NCBI GenBank assembly: GCA_030704615.1
Contig: CM060733.1
Span: forward strand, 74,524,001 to 74,588,000
Length of the DNA stretch: 64,000 nt
From: Takakia lepidozioides
Taxonomy: Eukaryota; Plantae; Bryophyta
Reading direction: 5' to 3'
The notes under the pieces were generated by a model. The model did no database searches and was not told where the DNA came from. It saw only the letters and a program-made list of their open reading frames with translations. This document shows, in pieces, positions 24,483 through 37,283 of the stretch. Position 1 is the first letter of the stretch; every line of letters starts with the position of its first letter. Made by a program: the position numbers and the translations under genes.

Positions 24483-26035
24483 TGCATGCTTAGCCCGGCT
24501 TAGCTAGCTCAGGAATCCGATTGCAAAAACTTGTATTGTACAAAAATTTGTTATAAAGGAAATGGGTTCCAAATGTTGTGTGTCCTATTTTGTTTGGAAT
24601 GGTGATGCATGGTGTGGTTGGCTAGTGTGTAGAATGCATGCTAGCTTACAAAAGAAGGAGAGGTAAATTGGGTTAATCGTGTGTTTGCGCAGTGCCGAAA
24701 TCGGGTGACTCCCATCCGAGGGGCAAGGAAACATGCGCCTTTTTTGGGAGTTCACGTGCTAGTGCGCACCTGGCGCGTGCGCGTACTATAATTGCGCTAC
24801 CGAGGTGGTTGCCTTGTAGTGCGGGCTAACGCGGAAGCTATGTGCTTCCGTTCACGTACTATAATCGTGTAGCCTCGGGACGAAGTCGTAGTGTGGCTTC
24901 GACGTGTTCCCGTACCTCATGCCAGCATTCCAAGACGGACCCAATTGTAGTGATTGGGGCGCACGGTTGGTTCAAGGTTATCTTCCTAGTCAAAGGGGGT
25001 TCGAGGTGAACCCTTGCGCAAAGTGATGCCAAAAGCGGCATCAGGAGCGATCTCAAGCAATGTTGTTGCAGTAAGGCGATTTGATCCTCGGGGAGGATCG
25101 TTCCTTGACCTTGAAGAAGGCCAAGAAGAGTGCACTGGGAGGAGCTTGAGAGGCTCCACCCCTGGCCGGGACTTGGAAGAAGTCTGCCGAACTAGCTAGT
25201 GGAGAGTAGAGTCAAGTGTGGGGTTTGGTTCTTTGCCATGGGATGCCAAGGTACGGAAACAAACTCCTTGATGTGGGACGCCACAACTTGGATGTTCGTT
25301 TCTACAAAATGGACAAGTCGATGAGGACATCGACTCCCTGTTGGTAGGGGTGTGTGTGGCGGCCCTTTGCCTTGAGGGCAGGGGGTCGGGACACATGAGG
25401 GGCTGCCCCTGTGGTGGGGGCAGCGGCAGCGATAGGTATGGGGGGCTGAAGCACCCTTGAGTGCCCAAGGCACTCAAGGAGGCGGAGGCGCTCACTAGGC
25501 GGAGCCCCGCACACCGGGTTGCGGTGGGGGTGGCATAGGACTCACCATGGGGGCAGAGACCTTGTGGTGGGAGTCGTGGGGAGTCTTGGGACTCATCACG
25601 GTCCATAGGGGCCGTGGTGAGTGGGCCAAGACTCACCGCGACTCATCACCGGGAGTCGAGGGTTTTCGTGGTGGTTCGCCATAAAATGGCATGACTGGTT
25701 GTGAAACCCCCGCGGATAGCTACAGAAGTATATATAGGGAGTAGTAACCCCGAGAACGGTGCAAGCCCGTTGGTGACCAAAAATTAGTGAGGAAGCGAGC
25801 GAGCTGGAAAACGACCAAAGAGTGGGGAGCTGTTCCGGACTGCCAACTACCAAAGGGAATTCCCGCTGGTTCCAAATCGGTGGAGGGTTCTTTGGGAGTT
25901 CAAAGGGGGACCGTTATGCCCCGGTGAGCAGCCGAAGCTCCAAGTTGGTCCGGCGGCCAAGTTGGGAGTTAGGCGCGCGCATCAAGCTAGCAACTATGAC
26001 CTGAAGGGGAGCTTACCGAAGTGAGGTGCGCGACA
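24483..26035 (+). repeat. Probable 3' LTR of the chromovirus
   Basis: Starts TG after the PPT, has a TATA-like TATATATAG near 25730, and ends GCGCGACA where a minus-strand gag frame is interrupted. No second LTR is available to confirm. Confidence 0.55.
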
Positions 26036-26294
26036 CACACCAACTGTCGAACTCCTGGATAAAGTCATCCAGCTCAATTGTGCCCACAGCTCCAGAGTAC
26101 CTACGAGGCCCCTTGGTAGCTCCATACATCTCCTCCATGTCGTCCCACAACAATGGCGAATGAAACTGCACACCTGTTGATGAAGCCTCCGAGTCTGTGT
26201 CTGACTCTGCACTAGTTGAGGGTGGAGGTGAAGGTGGTCTGAAACGAATACCTCATCTGGTGAACCCACTCTCACTGCTACTGCGTGTAGCCAT
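26036..26294 (-). pseudogene. N-terminus of a gag, probably of the DNMT-carrying Ty3 element
   Basis: Manual translation MATRSSSESGFTR*GIRFRPPSPPP...GPRRYSGAVGTIELDDFIQEFDSWC, a gag-like YSG...D.FI..F pattern. Same strand as the pol at 20012-23650. Confidence 0.55.
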
Positions 26295-26595
26295 ATTCCC
26301 CTCAGAACCCCTGGGTAACTCCGTGATGACACTCACAATGTGCACCTCCCCCACGTGATACTATAAGGCTCTAGTACTAATTCTAATAGTGACACGGGTA
26401 GGCACCTGTTGCAGTTTAAGGGTCATATCCCAGTGGCTCAGGGCACCTGCACCTGCATCCACCGCAAGAACTCCTATGGTTGGCTGGTCATCAACCCAGT
26501 CTCACCATAGAAGAAACACTGGTGGTCTTGCTGGTCATCACTCCAGCCTCACCACCGACAGCATACTCTAGGATTGACCGGTGATCAAATCCGGC

Positions 26596-27623
26596 CTAAT
26601 CCCTATGAAAGCAAGCGCCCACACAAAACCAACATGGCGCACAGTCAAGCATGCAGGTGTTGGGGGGGATCCAAACACAAGAAATCAAAACATCAACACC
26701 CCCACACCAAAATCCATCTGCAATGTTGATCCTGTAGAATATCCCAGCCCAAAATCCCAGACTGACTGGCCTCCACCAAGAGAGGCTTTGGCAACTACAA
26801 GTACAAAGTAATGAAAATAGTAAAGAGATGGAGGGGAAGAATAGAAGCCCGACCAAGCAAGATCTAATCCTGATCTATGCTATCAACTGCCAGACTTCTC
26901 TCAAAGTGCCTCGCTCTGCATGATGGTAAGGTGTAGGCGGTATATCTATGTCCAGAAACCTGCCACTAACCTTGTCCCAAGCTACAGTAGCTCGCTCTAA
27001 CCAACCCTCCTCCTCTTTCCGCGAGGTAGAGACAAAGCAGTACTCCCCTATCTCCCGCTCACTGAACACTAAAAAAATAAAGGTAGGGTGTGACAGTCTC
27101 TCAACTCGAAAGCTTTGAGACGGTTGCGGGTGTCCTCATTGCGAATGACTGCATCTCCTTCAAGCAAAACAAACTTGTCATTGCCAATGAACCCCCGCTC
27201 GTGGTTGCCTTGTGCAGAGCGTGTCCGGCTGCAACCATGTCTGATTGCACAAACTTGTGTAGCTCCTGCTCCTCTGCTCCAGTACACCACGGCCTTGTGG
27301 CTGAACACCTTGGTCCCCGGGGCTATCTTTGGCTGTGTTCCAAGCCTAGCTTTCACCCAGTTTGGTATTTCACCTACAGCTGCAGAACTGCTGGCTCCAA
27401 CAGAGTTCTGACTGTCAAAAGCAATATTGAGGCCCTCAACGCCAACTACAGCAGTTTGTTGTCTACTGCTAATGCCTGACTCCCAGTATGCAATCAACTC
27501 GTCCAACTGTTCTCCACTCAAATCAGTATGAGTTCCTTGGGAAACATAAATCTTGTCCCCTTGTGTGCACAGGCTAAGAGAAGAGACTTGCCCTTCAATG
27601 ACGTCCTCATTTCCCCCAGCCAT
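26596..27623 (-). pseudogene. Extra ORF of unknown function between PBS and gag
   Basis: Consecutive ORFs 27069-27623, 26875-27069 and 26596-26856 joined by a homopolymer frameshift and a stop. Confidence 0.4.
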
Positions 27624-28734
27624 ACAAGGAGTACATCCCCAGATTTATCTCTCATGTAGACCAGAACAGGTTCTAGAAACAGAATTGTGGATCTTTCATG
27701 GCACACTCACACTCTAAAAATTCCATAGATTTTTAGCAGAGTCTTAAAAACTAAAACCAAGATAAGTAGATTTCCCCTTTCTGCAGCCGTCCCCTCAAAA
27801 ACTGAGTCAAACAGAGTCCATTTGACAAAGATATGACCAATTTGGCTCTAAATCATTTACATTAGATCAAAATGGTTTTTTTTTTTTTTTTTTTTTTAAA
27901 GGTTTTCAAATTTAAAATTTTAAAGTTACACCCAAAATATCTGGTAACTGGTTCCCGGTTCCCTAAGTTCTATATGGTTTCCTAGGTTCCCTGGCCACGT
28001 GCCTGCTGTTCCCCTCCATTTCATTTGAGTTCAACAGCTCACCGTGCTTTGGAATCCCAACCGTCTTCTACCACAAACCGTGGTGACGATGGAGGTCGTG
28101 GAGCTCATTTCCCCTTAGCAACACTTCACCTTGGCACCCTCACAAGTTTCATTGAAGTAAAGCTGGCAAGCAAGTTCCTGCAAAGCCTGCCCCACACACC
28201 AGCTTAGCAGTGTCCAAATTGAGTGATCCCCAGCTGGAACCTTTCTTCAAGCCCGTCGGCTATGTGGAAACCCAGCTGCAGTGCACGGAAGTACGAGTGC
28301 CTCGAACACTCTGCAATGTGCCTGGCTTTGTGGCAGATCTGCCCTCTGATCCTTGCTTACTGGCAAGGGCTCTCAAAACCCAAAAGAACTGTTGTCCACT
28401 GGCTTCGAGTCCGAGAGCTAGCTGATCAATCTGTGTGGCAGTGAGTAGTGCTACGGTTCCAAAGGCAATATAGAGAACCGATGACGGAGGATGGCTATTT
28501 AACCATTCTAAGCACCTTGCCAGCTACAAGGGAAAAAACCCCGAATTTCCTCCTTCCCTGCCTTGCTTAGAAAGAGCAACCTAAGCTGCTGACAGTAAGA
28601 GCCTCTTTCCGAGGAAAAACCAAGACTCTTACGTCATTCAACCACTAGGGGTACAATCCAGTTCACAATAACAGAGTCAGTAAATATCCTTCCTACAGAC
28701 TCTTTCACGTTCTACATAAAGCATATTGCCAAAG

Positions 28735-28748
28735 CTGCAGTCGCACCA
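28735..28748 (-). other. Primer binding site, possibly tRNA-Gly
   Basis: TGGTGCGACTGCAG lies one base after the LTR-terminal CACA on the minus strand. The tRNA identity is from memory of plant tRNA-Gly 3' ends and was not checked. Confidence 0.55.
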
Positions 28749-28749
28749 T

Positions 28750-30021
28750 TGTGAAGGATCTTTAAAGAACTCCAGTCAGCGCTGTTCCATGCTCCAATGC
28801 TGACCTACATGCCAGACATTCAAAAGGGCGATTCTTCCCATTATAGGCCCCTTCTTCGACCAGATTACTAGGTGTTGGTCAAGCCAAAAGACAGTTCACG
28901 GTGCATAGAATACCTGCATACAGAAACAGCGAAGTGTTATGACCTAATCTTGTTGGGATCCCTGAAGGCTTCGTAGGAGGCGTAGCTACCACTTGGAAGG
29001 GACTCCGTACTTGGGCCTTGACAAGTAGGATCCCGCTTTCAGCTCCATAACCCAGTCCTTAATTTGGTCAGCAAGCAAGTAGTCAACAAGCAAGCATCAC
29101 GCATCAGTGAAAACCATAATCTGCTACTCCATATGAGTACATCTCTCAATCCCTCTCTACAGTCCCCCAACATTACCAATCACATTCTGCTCTTCCGCTG
29201 CCTCCGCAGCACCACAAGATGTGAAAGGCTTGTTCTGCACCCTCGGTTCTTGATCCAAAAAGACTGATGAGCAAAGTGTTTCCATAAAAACAGCGGAACA
29301 AAGGATGGGAGAGATGGTGCATCCCTGCGCCCCGCCATCCAGCGCGCTCTGCTTCTCGTTTGACCTTCACTACTCGCACACCATACACGAGTGCGCAACG
29401 CCGAGACTTGTCGATAGCACGTCCGGAGACTCCGCACAGGGACAAGCAGCAACACAGGTGCAGGCAGACACTTCAGTGGTCACTGCAAGACTCCATCACC
29501 AAGAACTTGGGGCCATGGCCAATTTTTACACTCATGCCAACCTGGTTCTTGACAAGCTACCGCTCCCGCCAAGTAAAATCATCAGCTCTACAGGTCACGG
29601 TGAATCCAGCAATATGTCTGCAAGCCAGAATGGGCTACAAGCCAATGGCCCTTCTTGAGCTGCAACACAACGGACCACACAAGTTGGGCACGACTGGCCT
29701 ACTGGGTGCTCAGCCTGCCCCAGCGCTCAGGCAGCAAGGCTGCCAGGGCCCCCGCGCGCACCCGCCACCACAAACAGGGATAACTACACCCTGATCACCA
29801 CCAACGCCCATGTGTAAACAACAAGCGCATACCCATGGCAACAGCAGGGCCAGATGGACTCCTGCCCCAAGATATATAATAGTGCTAAGACGGTTCAGGC
29901 GTCAAACTAAACTTGACACCTGATTTAACACTTGACCTAAATCCAAGTGTTAAATACAAATAACTAGCTTTATTCTAGTTAGTTTCACACTGTGCTTATT
30001 TAACTTGACACTTCCATGACA
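28750..30021 (-). repeat. 5' LTR (~1.27 kb), probably of the DNMT-carrying Ty3 element
   Basis: Termini TGTCATGGA...TCCTTCACA (7/9 inverted match), followed by a PBS; TATA-like sequence near 29875. Interrupts the protease frame of the neighbouring element at 30021/30022. Confidence 0.68.
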
Positions 30022-32388
30022 TCATCCATTTTCAATACAGTCACGGTGATCTTAAAGATCATCTTCTAAATCTGTATCTTAACTCCTCTTATCAAGCCTA
30101 ATGGCTGTACACTCCTTTGATCTTCTATTGTTACTGTGAATGGGGCTGGTTTCATGTTACTTAGACCAAGCTTCTGCCTTAATTGGTCTGTCATAATAGT
30201 TCACTCCTGAGCCTCCATCTATCAGTACATCAGTCAAGTCTGTGCTTCCAATTCTCAATTGGATTACTGGCATAGAATCATCAAAGTCCATGATTGTTTC
30301 TCGCCCTTCAGGCTTCACATTATAACTTGTCACCTTGCTGTTCAGGTCTGTGTTCTCTGTCACATGAGCAATCTGATTGATTGCTTGATACAGCCTGTGC
30401 CTACAATGAGGTGCCACAACCAATAGTTGTCCAATAGTAATCTCAACTTTGGACTGGCATATTAGTCCAGCCAAAGTCCCTTCATTACCCTGCACTTGAG
30501 CAGCTTCTTGCTTCACTTCATCTTCACCCTCTTCTTCTCTTTCAGAATCAGAGGAATCTGCCATAGGGATATCAGTATTCTTCTGCATTTCCCTGATGGT
30601 ATCAGCCACTTCCTTGTGCAGTTCCTTCTCATCTCTCCAAGCCTCATCATCTTCAGGCACATCACTGCCTTCTTCATTAGCATCTTCTTCCTCATCCATG
30701 GGAGGTATTAGTCTAGCTTTGCTTCTGGTAACTATCATTGTACTTACTTCTGGTACAAAACATGGCCTAACCATGTGAGCTGCCACTACTGGGCCCTCAT
30801 TCACAGGAGCTCTCATCTCATTTTGGTGTCTGATCCAGAATGGACAGGCTGCCTTTCGATGTCCTGCCTGGTTACAATAGTAACACAATTCTTCACCATT
30901 GGGTCCTCGCCCTTGGTCTGCTCTGGGATTATTTCTATAATACTGATTCCCTGGCTGGTAATTCCCCCTTGGATTACCCTGATAGTTGCCTCTGGGATTG
31001 CCTTGGTAATTCCCTCTTGGATTACCTCTCCCTGCCATACCATTGTTATATCCACCAGGCCTACCATAGTGGTCCTGATCATTGTTTCTTCTTGGCTGGG
31101 GCTACACTTGATGCACCCTTACTTGCCTAGGTTCTCTTGCAGCTGTCCTTATGTTGTAATAACAATTCTCAGTAGAATGGTTATCCATTTTACAGATAGT
31201 ACAATGTTTCTCCTTCATGTGGCATTCAGCTGTGGTATGGCCTTCATTCTGGCATTTTGCACACCAAACACCCTTCCTCCAATATGTTGCAGCCTCTGTG
31301 GCATACTTCTTCAAGATCTCCTCCAGTCTTTTCTCATAGTTTTCCCTCTTCAACTTTTCCTTCTTCTTACTCTTCATCTTGAGCTCTTGCTCTTCTTCCT
31401 CATCTGACTCATCTTTAGAGTCATCATCATCCTTTTTCTCTCTCCTGAGCATTCCCAATTGCTCAATTCTATTCGTTGTTTCAAATGCCTCCTCCACTAT
31501 ATTATGGGGTAGCATATCCACTTTCTTTTGTAATTCAGGCCTTAGTCCACTCACAAACCAGGTCTTATGTAATCCTGGTGCTGGTACAGCAGCCAGCTTT
31601 TTCATCATTAACTCCATCTTCTCCATGTATTCTTCAACAGTTTCATGCTTCTTTTGCCTTAACTGTTGTAAACTCCCATACACTTCATCCTCAGTTTTGC
31701 TTGTCCTGAACCTATTTTGGAATGCTGTACTAAGGCCATTCCAGGTTAGGAAATGATTATTAGGGAATCTTGTATACTATTCACTTGCTTGCTTGATAAG
31801 TGAACAAGGAAACAGTCTCATCTTGGCATCATCGCCATTCTCATTGTTCACAATACACATGTTCTCAAATTGGCTGATGTGTACATCAGGATCCCCTTTC
31901 CCTGCATATATTGGAAAAGGTGGTTTTGCCCGTGTTGGAGGTACCGTCATCTGTGGCCCTACACCCTGCCCATTGACAGGTGTTGGTCCTCTTGTTGGTG
32001 CTGGTCCTAGAGGACCTACTGTTGTAGTGGTGGTTCTCCCACCAGGTGTTGGCCCCTGAGCACTCCCTACTACTGGCCCCACTGTACTCTCAGTACCCCC
32101 AGCTCTAGTTGCACTACTTCCCACACTCCATGTCCCCCCAGAGCCAGATCCAAGCTGCCCGCCTGATCTCCCTAAGCCGACACCTTCGTTCGCCTGTGAT
32201 CCAAGTGCTCCACTTGATCCAGGTCCAACAGGTTGGGATGTCCTAGTTGTAGTCTCAACCTCAACTGTTGGGTCTACTTCTTCATACTCTTCATCTTCCA
32301 AATTCTTCTCTTGGTTTTCCTCTTCCTCACTCATATAACTCAACTGGAGTGGTATTGGAGAGTCTGAACACTCTGTTGGCTCTGCCAC
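30022..32388 (-). pseudogene. Ty3/Gypsy gag-protease (third element), degenerate
   Basis: YAGKGDPDVHISQFE...LFPCSL; LRQKKHETVEEY; three CCHC knuckles (CAKCQNEGHTTAEC, CTICKMDNHSTENC, CYYCNQAGHRKAAC); protease VLIDGGSGVN. Confidence 0.88.
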
Positions 32389-32546
32389 ATCCTCCTCTCC
32401 TTGTTTGTCTTGTGATTCAGAAACTGGAGTTCCTGCTTTTGGTGTCCCATGCCAACTCTGATCAAAGATTTATGTCAAATCTTTAATCCAGGGATGTACC
32501 TCAGATCTCTCCCCTCGTGGTTGATCTTCTTCCTCTATCAAATCCC

Positions 32547-33473
32547 TTATCTTTCTTGTAAAGAATAAGAAGGAGTGGCATCCAACTCTGGTTCTTCCGG
32601 TATGGGTGATGTACTCTCTGATCTTAATGGTGTGAGAGGTCCAGATGATTCCCCTATGTCTATTCCTCTCTCCCAAAGATATGGATAATTAGCTTTCAAA
32701 TAACTTTCTCTTTTTGCTGAATATCTATGAAAGTCTAGCTTCTCTTTCATCACTCATGTCCCATGTCTTTCATATTTTTAATGAGGCAATAACCAAAACT
32801 CTCTTCTGTAGTATCTCTCGTATATGCCTGGATTTCTCTCAAGCTTTAATGCACCCTTGGCTATACTAGAAGTCTCCGTTACCATATGACCATATGGCAA
32901 GCACGTCTGGAAAGCTGTTCTTGGTGTAAGTTTGATCCACAGGATATCCTTGGGAATCCAATTCTTTACCAGTACCAATTCTTCATGCATATGAGTGTAA
33001 ACATTCACTTTCCGTTCCTCCCAGCCTTCAAACTCCACTCGTTTAATGGATAGCAACGCTATCACATAAACCAGTGTTGGTAACCAACTTGCTCTCCCTC
33101 TACAGGCCACTTGATAAATCTTTATCACTCCTTTCTCCAGACCCCACTCTGGATCTGCATCATGCACTCTCTTAAGAATGTTTTCTTTTCAACCGTCTGG
33201 CAATTCCAAAAACCTCTGAAAGAATTGTTTGGACAACCTTTCTTTCTCAGCTCCACAGGGAATTTGATTCACATCAAATTCTTTAATTCTCCAACCACCA
33301 TGATCCCACCAGATGCCTGTCACATCTGGTTGTTCTTGACCCAGTTCCCCAGTATGGTCGCCAAATGTCGAGCGGCTTTTACTCACCCATCCCTTCGCTA
33401 TCCGAGGTGGAGACTCCAAGATAGAAGAGTTGGATATCTCTAAACACTCAGCCCGCTCAGAACAATCAGTCAT
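32547..33473 (-). pseudogene. Extra ORF upstream of gag (Ogre/Tat-like position)
   Basis: ORFs 33189-33473, 32778-33167 and 32547-32753 are in one frame, separated by stops, and start just after the PBS. Confidence 0.45.
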
Positions 33474-33486
33474 GACCTACAACCAG

Positions 33487-34260
33487 TGTATCATGGAAGT
33501 GCTTCTTGTTTGTATTCCTTCTTGCCTTCATGTCAGCAAATTACCTTACTGTTATATTTAAGTATCAGATTGCTTCAGCAATCCACCAGGTTCCATTCAC
33601 TCTTCCATTCATTCCACAGCTTCCCTCAGGTCTCTCTACACAATGTGAGTATGGAATATGTATCAGATTAAGTTATATCAAGTAACAGGCCGAAGCCATG
33701 GTGTCTCTAATCTGCTCTACAGTATCACCCTACAGCTAAGCATGTATCAAGCATCTACAGATTGTCTCTCCTCCTTCACCGTGCTCTCCATCCTTGCTCC
33801 CGTTCGTGCTCTCCGCCTTATCTCCTCTCCTCATGACCAAGAAGTGCTCTTCCCCCGAAGTGTCCTCCATGTTGCTGCTCTGCCTAATTTATCTGCAAGC
33901 TGTTCTAACCGCCTAACTTATAACTAACTGTCACCCAAGAAGTAAGCACGTTCCCTCTGCAGATGTCGTTCCCACATAGTCGTTCCCTGCCAATGATAAC
34001 CATTCCTTATATATGTTGTGACGGGCTGTTCCAAGCTGTGTCGGGCTGTGACTGTGCCGAGTTGTGATTGGCTATGTCGGACTGTGTGAAGCTGTGTCGG
34101 GCTGTGTCTAACTGTGTAATGTTGTGACTGACTATGTAAGCCTGTCTACCACCCCCAAGGCCTGTGCTAGTCCAAGTCTACCATCCGTAAGTCTGTGCAA
34201 AAATTAAGGGTACCCCACAAAACCCATAAAAGTGTCTAAGTCCCAGACAACCCTCTAACA
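33487..34260 (-). repeat. 5' LTR (~775 bp) of the third Ty3 element, with PBS-like TGGTTGTAGG at 33485-33476
   Basis: Termini TGTTAG...GATACA with TGG one base downstream; TATATAAG near 34010; ~10-bp CTGTG repeats at 34020-34145. Inserted at the end of gene B. Confidence 0.6.
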
Positions 34261-36855
34261 AGGCGAGACATACTCACTAGGAAGTACTGCCGAGATGAAG
34301 ACCAAGCTTGCGTGCCACCTTAGGAGCGGGGGGTTCCAACAAACTCACATGACGTTGAATGGTTGGAGTTACCACAGATGAAACCAAAATAGGTTGAGTA
34401 TTTTGAAGCGCAGAGAGACGTGCTGCATACAACGTTTGATCTCCCTCAAGACCAAATACGTGACGTCCAGACTCGCGGGCAGCAATAAATGTAGAACCTG
34501 CAGGAAAAAAACATGCAATGGTGATATTATATCGGATAACAGTTAATGATCATGAATCAACTCATAAGATTTTAATTACAAAATGGAGACCAATGCAAAC
34601 CTGTGCCAGCTATGAGATCCAAAATGCAGGAGCCAGGAGGTGAGCATGTCTCCAACAATACTTGTATAAAGGTGGGACTACGGTCTCGCGCACCCCTCCA
34701 AGCTTGTTGAGGAGTTTGCATGGGCAGTGCAACATCTAGAATTGTGGTTGTAGATGGCATCCAACTCAACAGGGTCTGCAAGGGGGTCCACAACTTTGCC
34801 AGACTCACGCAGTTTGAATAGTCCTCCTTGCTTGGTGAGGACATAGGCGTGGAAGAACATGGTCTGTTAGACGTGCCATTTCCACCAAAACAGTGCACCC
34901 GGATGGTTTAATAATATGTATGAGAGTAGGAAGATGAAACATCAAACAATGATATATTGAAGAGGGATGATTTTTACCTTTCCTGTCTGAGTGTGTAGAG
35001 GGGTGGTATTGATGCAAGTATATTTCCTTGATAATACGGAAATAGAGCTACCTCTGGAGTAATAAAAGAGCTCCAATGCAAAGGAATCATCAAAGCCCTG
35101 CGAGAACACCAAGCATCCATTGTCATCCAACAGGTCATTAGCAATGGAGAATGCATACTCCCAATACCATTTATCAAAAGCATTCCAGGGAGGAACTTGT
35201 ACACCATCCAAACAGCCATGTACAAGCATTCCTGTCGGGCAGTCCACGATGATCATGTCCACAACCACAGGCACGCTTTTGCCATCCACAACACTAGACC
35301 AAGTTCCTGGCAACTGCAAACAACATACAGAAAATGTAGGAGTCAATAGCCGGATGATGAGGATGTAAAAACATCGAAGAATTCCTTACATTCAAATTTG
35401 TTTGTTGGGGGAAACTCACATTTTGAAGAACTCCATGAGCTCTTTCAAAGTCGCATCAGGAGATGTACTTGAGGCCTCCACCATATCAATGAAATGAGTA
35501 GGCATGATCTTCATGCGATACATGCTAGGTGCACCACCGGAAAATGACACTGCACTGTAAGGATGTTCGTCTGCCTTTGGCTTGTTTCCTCGAGTAGTAG
35601 GTGCAAGCAATACAACCAACAGATTTGAAGGATGTGAAGAACTACCAATAGGACCAGCAATAGAAGCCACACCTGCATTGGGAGCCACACCTGCATTGAC
35701 ATCCACACCTTTTCTTTTGATTTGCGTTTTGGTACACCCACAACCGCAGGGACCACTTGGGCTACAGCGTCAGTGGCCTGTGTAGCAATCGTTCTGCATG
35801 CTCCAGATCAAGAACAGGGACTTCAGTGGAGATACCCCCTTCATCACTCACTGACTATCTGCGAACACATTCCTTATGAAGTCCCATTTATGCATAGGGG
35901 ATAGCGAGGACCCAAGATCTCTTTCCCATGTCTCAGGGGCTTCTTCTTCAGGCATCCCCCTCCCTATCCTTCGCTCGGAATTAGAACGTGCGAGCTGCCA
36001 GAAAATACAGTCAGTTAAATAACTATGTTAATGTGTCATCAACAAAATGAATCAATTGCATTGAGAAAATAGTGATTGTATATGTACCTGCTACCAAAAA
36101 GTCCTTCTATTCAGCCAAGGATCAAGTGTTGGCCCACTGATAGGCCCGGGTGGAAAAAAATTACGGTCGTGAAGTGTTTGGTCTCCATTCCATATATGTA
36201 GTCATTCCACCTTTCCTTCTGGATCCACCCGGGCTGTAGCAATGTTCACCATTTTCTCTTGGGTCATTTCCTCTGATCCTACCTTTACACGTGACAAATG
36301 CAGTTTAAGTTCTTGGAGAAACCCCTCTCCAAGGGTTAGATCAGCAATAGGAAGCAACTTCATAAGCTGACTCTTGTGTTGCTCCCTTGCTTTCAATCCA
36401 GCCTGTTTCATTGTATCTTCAAGGCCCTCCTGACTCTTTGGCCCCTCAGCAAGTTTGTAAGCTTCCCCCGCCATGCGTTGGGCCTCAACAATATCATGAA
36501 AACAGTTCATAACATGAACCAGAGGTGAATCTTGTCTATGGATGCAAAGAATGATCGGTTAAGACATGATGTTACCTTGTACAAAATCTATGTCATTGCA
36601 TGGACTGTCAGGTTATACCAAGTCTTTCCTGCTTTCTTGATGCATTCGTCGTATTGCTCTCTCCTCAATACATTCTTCCATTCAGAGACAGGTGTAAGGC
36701 CAATCATATTGACCTTGCAAACCAAGTGCACAAATTTGGATGTAACATGTGCCCTCTCTGTTGCCCTGCACATACAAAATGTGATCATTAGAAAGAAGAT
36801 GTGTATATGTACCAAGAACATGACAACATTGAACATGAAAGTAAATGAAGAATAG
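34261..36855 (-). pseudogene. Gene B, 3' exons including the beta-class amino-MTase-like domain
   Basis: ATERAHV...TWYNLT; IADLTLGEGFLQE...MTQEKM; EGGIS; VDMIIVDCPTG...PPWNAFD...LLDDNGCLVF; WRGARDRSPTFIQVLLETCSPPGSCILDLIAGT|GSTFIAARESGRHVFGLEGD (intron 34600-34498). Contains stops and deletions. Confidence 0.78.
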
Positions 36856-36864
36856 AAAGGAAAC
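36856..36864 (+). repeat. 9-bp target site duplication AAAGGAAAC (left)
   Basis: Identical 9-mer at 47888-47896. Only one copy in the uninterrupted gene B copies (18806-18814 and 63975-63983, reverse complement). Confidence 0.95.
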
Positions 36865-37283
36865 GAGCGTAGCTACGGCGTGAGCCCAGCCCCGTGAGCC
36901 TGGGAGCTGAGCTCACGTTCAAGCTACAAAGCGTGAGCTGAGCTCACGCTTCAGGGAAGCGTGAGCGGCACGAATCTGCTGGAGAAGAAGGTCCTATAGG
37001 CGAGGATTGCACGAAGAGGGCCTATTACCGTGGACAAAACAAAGGGGGCCAACACACACCATGTGTGCAATGCCCGCTCAAAAACAGAAATATGAAAACA
37101 TGGCAGATTTGAGCTCAGAATGATTGTCACAGTTTATTTCAATTCACAGATAGACGCTTACAATGAATTGCATGTGCATTTGCCCTGGTTCCGTAAACGA
37201 AATCCATATGTTTGTCAGAAATGCAAAGTCTTCACACGGCAACCTGCAAACCAGCATGGGCAGCGGGCATGGCTCGTATGTGT

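Noticed and set aside
34233-34247. TGTCTAAGTCCCAGA in the LTR matching an element C satellite motif
   Set aside because: This is a single 15-bp match with no further similarity and cannot be distinguished from chance.
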